Below, piece by piece: positions 7,690 to 13,799 of a stretch of 32,212 nucleotides of DNA. Source of the stretch: a candidate division WWE3 bacterium RIFOXYD1_FULL_39_9. Lineage in GTDB: Bacteria > Patescibacteriota > WWE3 > UBA101185 > UBA10185. The stretch lies in NCBI GenBank assembly GCA_001773295.1, contig MEWG01000047.1, positions 1 to 32,212 of the forward strand, written 5' to 3'. Below the pieces are notes generated by a model that saw only the letters and a list, made by a program, of their open reading frames with translations, made no database searches and was not told the DNA's origin. Position 1 is the stretch's first letter. Each line of letters begins with the position of its first letter. A program made the position numbers and the translations under genes.

Positions 7690-8780
7690 TTCCAGTCTCC
7701 TCCGCACAAAGGGCATTCCTTCGGTGCCATCAGTTTATATTCTGTAGCCACTTTCTTATATTCTTTTTCTGCTTTCTCTAACTCTTCTTTGGCATCAATT
7801 ATTTTATTCTCTATTTCTATAAATTGGTCTATCTCTTTTCTAAGAGAATCAATTTCATTTCTTTGCTTTAGCAATAAAGATATATCTTCTTTTGCTTTAA
7901 CAATAGAATTTGCTCTTTCTATTTCATCTTCTAAATCAGCTATCTTATTTTCTATTGATTCTAATTCTGCTATCTTGTTTTCTATAGTAGATATTTCTTG
8001 CTTCAAAGATATAAGTTGTTCGATTTCTTTCTTGGCATTTACTGTAAGTGGTTTATATCTGTCTATCTCTTTTTGAAGTTCTATTATTTTGCTTTTACCA
8101 TTTCTTAATCTCTGCTCATCATTTCTAATAATAGATAAACTGGATTCTATTTGCTCAAGTTCCGTTAATTCTTTTTCAGCAGAATCAACCCAATTAAAAT
8201 CTTCTACTTGTAGTTCTGCTCTTATTAGTTCTGCTTCTTCTCTTTTTATTGTTGCTCTTGTATCCCTTATTTCACTATCAGCATTTCTAAATGATGTATC
8301 TATATCTGAAAGCGAAGCAATTTGATTTAGCTTCCTGCCTATTTCTCCTGGCTTATCTCCTACAAGAAAATGTGGATTGTCTTGCTCTTGAAAATTAATC
8401 TCGCTCATATTCAAGGGATTAGATACTTCATCTGGTACTCTTGTTCCTACTGCTTCAAGTGGTTTTGTTAATGTAGATATTCTATATTCATTTGACTTTG
8501 GTCCTTTGACTCTTGATATCTCTGTTCCGTCTTCAAATACAACAGTAAATATACACTCGCCGGTTAATTCAAAATCGCCATTTTTCTTTTTCTTCTTTAT
8601 CCAATCAGAAGCAAATTCGTTTCCGCTTGGATCATTATCTTTAAGCCATTTAAGTCCTTTAAGTATTGCCGATTTGCCTTTATCAGAAACACCGCAAATT
8701 ATATTGACATTGGGAGAAAGATCGAAAGTCTCTTTCTCCCATGACATAAAGTTTTGGATTTTGAATTGCTTAAATTTCAT
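7686..8780 (-). CDS. sbcC: SbcC/Rad50-like ATPase, N-terminal half (lobe I, coiled coil, terminal CxxC zinc hook)
   Basis: MKFKQFKIQNFMSW...NIICGVSDKGKSAI (Walker A), then about 190 aa of E/K/L/I heptads. Ends KECPLCGGDWK, a CxxC hook 5 residues before the stop. The ATG at 8780 is preferred over the TTG at 8849. Confidence 0.7.
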   Translation of the reverse strand: MKFKQFKIQNFMSWEKETFDLSPNVNIICGVSDKGKSAILKGLKWLKDNDPSGNEFASDWIKKKKKNGDFELTGECIFTVVFEDGTEISRVKGPKSNEYRISTLTKPLEAVGTRVPDEVSNPLNMSEINFQEQDNPHFLVGDKPGEIGRKLNQIASLSDIDTSFRNADSEIRDTRATIKREEAELIRAELQVEDFNWVDSAEKELTELEQIESSLSIIRNDEQRLRNGKSKIIELQKEIDRYKPLTVNAKKEIEQLISLKQEISTIENKIAELESIENKIADLEDEIERANSIVKAKEDISLLLKQRNEIDSLRKEIDQFIEIENKIIDAKEELEKAEKEYKKVATEYKLMAPKECPLCGGDWK

Positions 8781-8976
8781 TTTATTAAGTCTTTTAAATC
8801 TAAAATTCCTTTTGGTTTTTCTATAGTTGGATCTCCTGCAACAATCCAATACGCATATGTTACTGCTTGAAAAATATTTGCTGCTTTTAATTCCCCAATA
8901 TCAACAAAGTATTTATAAACAATAGAATCAATTTGCTGTTTTTCTTTTGCTGCTTGTTTTAAAGCATCTTATTGGC

Positions 8977-9552
8977 TCATTTCTTCATTGCCTCTTTCGC
9001 TTTTTTAATCAGTTCTTTTTCTTCTTTAGAAAACTTATTCCTACAAATAAACGGATATACTTTCTGATAAATCTTTTTCCATGTTTCATTCCAACCAAAT
9101 CTTGGATACTTAGGCAAAGCTTTTCTTTTAGGAAACGCCAAAAAATAATACTTACAAATTCTTTTGTATTCAGGAATTGTTATTCTCTTGCGCTCTATCT
9201 TTCTTTCATTAGGATGGATTATCAACTCCTTAATTGGTGGTTGTTCTATATAATCAGCACATCTTCTTAATAGTTCTGGAAGAGATATTACTTTATGTAA
9301 TCCATATCTGCGCCAACTTCTTTCTAATTTACCTTCAAATGAATTTGCGTTTCTATGAATGACGCCTCTTAAACAACCAAGTCTATCTTTACCGCCACAC
9401 TCTTCTGATTTAAGTTTATGTTTATGATCCAGTACACACTCGGCTTTATCAATACAAACTCCAAGAATAGCACACTTGCCATCTTGCTTTTTAAATTGCT
9501 TCTCTCTTAACTCTGCAAGTTCTTTTGAAGTAATAGATATAAGTTTAGACAT
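8977..9552 (-). CDS. Endonuclease VII-like (beta-beta-alpha-Me) junction-resolving nuclease, tentative
   Basis: 191 aa. GKCAILGVC...CVLDHKHKL...GCLRGVIHRNANSFEGK resembles the endonuclease VII pattern C..C...DH.H...G..RG.L...N...G. Confidence 0.45.
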   Translation of the reverse strand: MSKLISITSKELAELREKQFKKQDGKCAILGVCIDKAECVLDHKHKLKSEECGGKDRLGCLRGVIHRNANSFEGKLERSWRRYGLHKVISLPELLRRCADYIEQPPIKELIIHPNERKIERKRITIPEYKRICKYYFLAFPKRKALPKYPRFGWNETWKKIYQKVYPFICRNKFSKEEKELIKKAKEAMKK

Positions 9553-9560
9553 TTACTTTT

Positions 9561-10136
9561 TTACTTTCTATTATAATATACATCATAAAGTTTCTCTGCA
9601 TATCCATTCTTTTTATACTCTGGCCCATTATACTTATAAGCAAAGTCATTCCAATTTCTGTCTTGTAGCTCATAGGCAAGACCTACATTCTTAATGTAGT
9701 TACAGAAAGAAATTAGATGTTCTCTTTCAGAATCTTCCATTGCATTTACAAAATCGTAAACATCTGCAAAGCCACAATAAGCATGATTAACTCCGAGAAT
9801 TTGAAACTTGCCCCACGAAGCAGACATATAAGCACAAGCTGGATTGCATAATTTTGCTGCGTTTAATCTCTTCCATTCTTCTTTTTGATTCTTACCATAG
9901 AATTTCTTTGTCCATTTAGGATAAGAAATAGTCGGATACTCTCTATCATATTTATGTTGTGTTAAACGAGAAAACCAATGGCCTTCAAATAGAATAACAG
10001 GAAGGCCATCTTCAGAGAATCCTCCATTCGGCGCTTCTACTTTTGCTACCGCTTGAATAGCGGCAACTTCACACTTCAAAATTTTAGCAGCTTGTTTATA
10101 GTCTGCTAATGTCAGAGTATTATTTTTACTGCTCAT
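9561..10136 (-). CDS. N-acetylmuramidase-family endolysin (DUF3380 type)
   Basis: 191 aa. ILFEGHWFSRLT, SASWGKFQILGVNH and FAYKYNGPEYKKNGYAEKL match the conserved blocks of the phage N-acetylmuramidase family. Confidence 0.75.
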   Translation of the reverse strand: MSSKNNTLTLADYKQAAKILKCEVAAIQAVAKVEAPNGGFSEDGLPVILFEGHWFSRLTQHKYDREYPTISYPKWTKKFYGKNQKEEWKRLNAAKLCNPACAYMSASWGKFQILGVNHAYCGFADVYDFVNAMEDSEREHLISFCNYIKNVGLAYELQDRNWNDFAYKYNGPEYKKNGYAEKLYDVYYNRK

Positions 10137-11321
10137 TTAAAATCTCCTTGGAGTTTTAAACATAAGCATTTTTTCTACTTCTTTCCAAACAGAGCCAACA
10201 ATATCTTGCAACTTATCTTGTAGATTATTATCTTCGATATACTCTATCAAATTATCTTTACTCTTTTTTATATCAAATTCTTTTGCTACAATTCCTTTTG
10301 TATCGCTTGCCCAATGCTCTGTTAATTTTAAGAAGTCAATGCAAGATTCAACATCATGCAGACCATAAGATTCATAGATAGGAATTACAACTCCGCTCTT
10401 TCTTTTCTTTCCTGTAAGCTTATTTTTAATAACTTCAATTTGCGCCATACTCCCTATCTTATGTTTTAAATTCATTGCTTCTTCTGTAATACTTTTAATT
10501 GAATTAAGATACAGTTGATGAAATGAATAGAAGAACGGAGCATCCCCGCCAGAAGTTACCCAATCAGTCTGGCCAAAACCACTTTTAAATCTTTGTCTTG
10601 TTTGCTGAATAATAAATAGAGCACTATCTGTGCGCTTTATATTGCCATTAATCATTCGCAAAGCTTCTCCTATATGCTTTGCTTTCTCTGCTTTATATGA
10701 TCCTTTAAGTTCTGTTACCGCTTCTGCACTCTTAGCGTTTTTGATAGCGTTCTTATATTCTCTTTCCATTTCTTCATCGGAAGTTAGAGAATCAAGACTA
10801 TCCAAAACCCAAATAAAAGGTCTTCTCTGTTTACATTTAATTAAGATATTGCCTTTAAAATCTTGGATAGTCTCAGAAGGAACTGGTTCTCCATCGTCAT
10901 AGTTCGGTGCTTTCAATCTACCTGAAGTAAGGTCTTCTGGGTCTTTTGGTGCTAACGGAGGGAATAAATAATCAAGATCAAAAGAAAGAGATTGCTCCCC
11001 ATCATCATAAATAAATTCATATTCTTTAAACTTAGGATCGACAGCGCAACACGCAAGCATAGTTAGCATCAATACAGTTTTTCCAGAAGCAGATTTGCCT
11101 GGAATAGTATTGATAGAGCCTAAAGCAAAGGCTCCCTTTGGGTTGTCGCTACAAGCACAGTTGACCAAAGTAGAGCCAGAAGGAATCAATCTATCTTCTG
11201 TTATCTTTTTAGGGTCTGGACCTACATACTCTTCTGGCTCATTCTCTTTTGTTCTGTCTCTATTCTCTATCTGCTCTGCCGCCGCACTTCGTCTTCGTCT
11301 TTTTTGAATAAGTTCTGCCAT
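10137..11321 (-). CDS. RecA/UvsX-family recombinase ATPase
   Basis: 394 aa. PSGSTLVN...INTIPGKSASGKTVL (Walker A), FIWVLDSLDSL (Walker B) and IIQQTRQRF...TSGGDAPFFYS (RecA L2/GG region). Confidence 0.7.
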   Translation of the reverse strand: MAELIQKRRRRSAAAEQIENRDRTKENEPEEYVGPDPKKITEDRLIPSGSTLVNCACSDNPKGAFALGSINTIPGKSASGKTVLMLTMLACCAVDPKFKEYEFIYDDGEQSLSFDLDYLFPPLAPKDPEDLTSGRLKAPNYDDGEPVPSETIQDFKGNILIKCKQRRPFIWVLDSLDSLTSDEEMEREYKNAIKNAKSAEAVTELKGSYKAEKAKHIGEALRMINGNIKRTDSALFIIQQTRQRFKSGFGQTDWVTSGGDAPFFYSFHQLYLNSIKSITEEAMNLKHKIGSMAQIEVIKNKLTGKKRKSGVVIPIYESYGLHDVESCIDFLKLTEHWASDTKGIVAKEFDIKKSKDNLIEYIEDNNLQDKLQDIVGSVWKEVEKMLMFKTPRRF

Positions 11322-11327
11322 CTAATT

Positions 11328-11549
11328 TTATTCTCCATGATTGCCATATCTCAAAAAATATAAAAACTTATCCTTGTCCACATACCATCGGCCAAATACT
11401 TTCTTGCCGATGCCATATTTGGCAAGCCATTTTATTAGTGTTGGTAGGGTAATTTTATAGCCTCTGGCCCTGGCAATTTCTAATGCTTCTGTAGTAGAAA
11501 TTCCAGGGCCTTTAACTATTACCCCTATTTTATTTGGGGGGTCTGTCAT
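11328..11549 (-). CDS. Small HTH (excisionase/MerR-like) DNA-binding protein
   Basis: 73 aa. ISTTEALEIARARGYKITLPTLIKWLAKYGI...GRWYVDKDKF fits the Xis-type winged helix pattern. Confidence 0.4.
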   Translation of the reverse strand: MTDPPNKIGVIVKGPGISTTEALEIARARGYKITLPTLIKWLAKYGIGKKVFGRWYVDKDKFLYFLRYGNHGE

Positions 11550-11552
11550 AAG

Positions 11553-12734
11553 TTATCGCCGTCGTCTACGAGTTGTAGTTTCTGGTTCTGGTTTACTTTC
11601 TTCTTTTGTGACAGGCTTTCTCTGTCTGCGCTGTACTTGCGGTTCTGGTTCTGGCTCCGGTTCTGGCTCCGGCTCATCTTGCGGATTATTAAATGCTTCT
11701 TCGCAAGCATTGTAATCTTCATCCGCACACTCATTACATTCAGGATGCTGATTGAAGTCTACGCCAAATTCTCTTTTCTTAGGGCATTTGCATTCATTAT
11801 CATCAGGCGGGAAAGAGCCTTCATCTTCTGTCTCTTGCTTCTCTTCTTTCTTGAATCGACTGCTCCGATTAGGCTTTTTCTCTTCCTTGCTTTCTTTGCT
11901 TTCCTTATCGTCTTTCTTTTGGTTCTTCTCTTTGTTCTTTGTATGGGCTTTGGTTATATCTCCAGTGCCACCAGTAAGAACAGAAGTCAATTGATCGTAA
12001 GTAGGAATTACAAGTAATTGATCCAATGGATAGACTTCATCAAGAATAGAGTCCTCATAAGAACTTCGCTTTGCAAAATCAACACGATCCGCTTTAACAA
12101 AAGGAAATTTACCGAGCTTCTCTTCTTTGCCGCGCCACTCTACTGTTTTACCATCTTCCAAATCCCAAAATAACTCCAATCCTTTTTCACCCATGTAGAC
12201 TTCACCCATGAGGATTTTTTCAAATAGATGATAGGAGTGCTCCCACAATCTAATTTCATCATCAGCATTAAGATCAATGATGTTATACAAGCAACGCCAT
12301 TTTGGCTTCAAGCCTTCAGCAAGTTTTCCATCCGGGTCTTCTTCTGGGTTGTCAAGCAGTCTTGCTCTCTCTTCACATACAGGGCAAGGCAAGCCAAATG
12401 TCTCAAGAAGACAAAGTGTCTTCTGTTGCTCTGGTCCTACTCCGTTGTGAATAGCAAATTCAAGTTTATAATCTACATCACCAGGAACAAGACCGGTCGG
12501 CTTGCCTGAGAACTTCCGCATTGTTTCATACCAATCCATCGAAACTTCAAACGGTAGAATATCAAACTTATTTGGTTCCCTGCCATGCTTTACTTTATCT
12601 ACCCACTTAACTTCACGATCTCCTAATGCTTTGAAGGAAAGAATAGTGGATGCTTTTCCTTCTCTGTTCTCAGCGCTGTCTTTGGTTTTGTTTTTTAGCT
12701 TCTCTCTTCGCTCTTTCCAACTTGGCTTTGCCAT
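11553..12734 (-). CDS. gp32-like ssDNA-binding protein, tentative
   Basis: 393 aa. FAIHNGVG...CLLETFGLPCPVCEE resembles the gp32 zinc site. Long charged low-complexity tail with (EP)6 and terminal RRRRR. Confidence 0.4.
   Translation of the reverse strand: MAKPSWKERREKLKNKTKDSAENREGKASTILSFKALGDREVKWVDKVKHGREPNKFDILPFEVSMDWYETMRKFSGKPTGLVPGDVDYKLEFAIHNGVGPEQQKTLCLLETFGLPCPVCEERARLLDNPEEDPDGKLAEGLKPKWRCLYNIIDLNADDEIRLWEHSYHLFEKILMGEVYMGEKGLELFWDLEDGKTVEWRGKEEKLGKFPFVKADRVDFAKRSSYEDSILDEVYPLDQLLVIPTYDQLTSVLTGGTGDITKAHTKNKEKNQKKDDKESKESKEEKKPNRSSRFKKEEKQETEDEGSFPPDDNECKCPKKREFGVDFNQHPECNECADEDYNACEEAFNNPQDEPEPEPEPEPEPQVQRRQRKPVTKEESKPEPETTTRRRRR
11641..11676 (-). repeat. Tandem hexanucleotide repeat encoding (Glu-Pro)6
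   Basis: The plus strand reads GGTTCT GGTTCT GGCTCC GGTTCT GGCTCC GGCTCA, inside the SSB-like tail. Confidence 0.8.
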
Positions 12735-12759
12735 AATAATTCTTGCTCCTTTTATTTAA

Positions 12760-12963
12760 TCATTTACATGCATGTTTGTGTGGCCGATGTCCTATGTGTA
12801 TTCCTTTGCAATACTCACAATAATAAGGGCTTAACTTCCACACTAAAACAGATTCTTTCTTTTTATAAATCTCTTTGATTGCTACTTTTGCTTCTTCTAT
12901 TGAAGCATATTTTTTCTTTCCCTTGCAAGCATTTCTTTTCTTTCTGGCATTTTTAGAGGCCAT
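12760..12963 (-). CDS. Small basic protein with C-terminal Cys/His cluster
   Basis: 67 aa. K-rich N-terminus, then YYCEYCKGIHIGHRPHKHAC. Confidence 0.45.
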   Translation of the reverse strand: MASKNARKKRNACKGKKKYASIEEAKVAIKEIYKKKESVLVWKLSPYYCEYCKGIHIGHRPHKHACK

Positions 12964-12978
12964 TAAATTACCTCATAG

Positions 12979-13464
12979 TTATTTTCTCCTTCTTTGATTA
13001 ACTGCATTCCTCGTTTCTTCATCTGCTTTTTCAAGCTGAACTTTCCTTACGCCTTGTGTTTTAGAAGTAGTTGCCCAATAGCCAAGAGCAAGAAGTTCTC
13101 TCTCTTCCCGAAGAGAATCGCTTCTTGCTCTGAAAACATTTATGCATTCTTTCAACAATTCCAAATCGTATTCAAGAACATTGATTTCAGCTACCAGCTT
13201 TTGATACTTATCATCAATTTTAATTTCTGCATCTACTTCCGATACTGTCATTTTTTTATTAGCCAAATTAATAGTAGTTATCCTTAGTTTGGCTTCATAT
13301 ACTGCCATCTCCTCTTTCTTGTCTCTTAAATCTTTAGAGACTTTTGTTTTCTCTTTTGCATACTTCATAATCAATTCTGGATTATCTTGATTGTTTAGTT
13401 CAAGACTATCTAAATTGATTTTAATTTCGTTTTCATAATCAAAATTAGTCCAGTCAACAGACAT
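12979..13464 (-). CDS. Coiled-coil hypothetical protein (161 aa)
   Basis: The start was moved to MSVDWTNF, which has AAGGAG 6 nt upstream. The 17-codon track extension would run into the tRNA gene. Confidence 0.55.
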   Translation of the reverse strand: MSVDWTNFDYENEIKINLDSLELNNQDNPELIMKYAKEKTKVSKDLRDKKEEMAVYEAKLRITTINLANKKMTVSEVDAEIKIDDKYQKLVAEINVLEYDLELLKECINVFRARSDSLREERELLALGYWATTSKTQGVRKVQLEKADEETRNAVNQRRRK

Positions 13465-13481
13465 TACTTCTCCTTTTCTTT

Positions 13482-13558
13482 TGGTGCCGCTGCCTGGACT
13501 CGAACCAGGAACCAAAGCCTTATAAAGACTACGCTCTAACCTATTGAGCTACAGCGGC
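13482..13558 (-). tRNA. tRNA-Ile, anticodon UAU (reads AUA), CCA encoded
   Basis: Hand-folded 77-nt cloverleaf. Acceptor stem GCCGCTG/CAGCGGC, D stem GCTC/GAGC, T arm CCTGG-TTCGAGT-CCAGG. Anticodon arm TAGTC-TTTATAA-GGCTT has one 27:43 mismatch. 5-nt variable loop and 3' ACCA. Confidence 0.8.
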
Positions 13559-13562
13559 ATAG

Positions 13563-13599
13563 TTTGCTTATGCCAAGAATTAGACTTGGCATAAGCAAA
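13563..13599 (-). other. Perfect 15-bp stem-loop directly 5' of the tRNA
   Basis: TTTGCTTATGCCAAG-7 nt-CTTGGCATAAGCAAA. There is no U-tract, so it is either a terminator for the small upstream ORF or a tRNA processing structure. Confidence 0.4.
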
Positions 13600-13619
13600 T
13601 AGTTGAACTTAATTACTCC

Positions 13620-13775
13620 TTACTTTACAGGATCAAGTTCTTTGGTGCGCTTAACAACTACCTTGACGTCCCCGCCAACAGCTTTAGTAACAGCATCCTT
13701 GATAGACGCCACCAACTTGCCATCAGCCATTTCAGTCTCTTTACTTCTAATAACGATAGAAAAAGCTTTCTTCAT
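13620..13775 (-). CDS. Small hypothetical protein (51 aa)
   Basis: Hand-translated MKKAFSIVIRSKETEMADGKLVASIKDAVTKAVGGDVKVVVKRTKELDPVK. Strong SD GGAGGTGA lies 5 nt upstream. Below the ORF-track cut-off. Confidence 0.45.
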   Translation of the reverse strand: MKKAFSIVIRSKETEMADGKLVASIKDAVTKAVGGDVKVVVKRTKELDPVK

Positions 13776-13799
13776 TTAATCACCTCCCTTCTATATTAA

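Noticed and set aside
7690-8849. The longer track starts for sbcD (7716) and sbcC-N (TTG at 8849).
   Set aside because: Both extensions encode basic junk (MPFVRRRLE, MDCCRRSNYRKTKRNFRFKRLNK) and overlap upstream coding sequence. Internal ATGs give the canonical N-termini and ATGA coupling.
11546-11734. A 62-aa same-strand alternate-frame ORF in the SSB-like tail.
   Set aside because: It lies in a low-complexity repeat-encoding region. The product is a basic low-complexity string and there is no RBS.
13465-13515. An N-terminal extension (MVPGSSPGSGTKRKGEV) of the track ORF 12979..13515.
   Set aside because: It is the translation of the tRNA-Ile 3' half. An ATG with an AAGGAG RBS exists at 13464.
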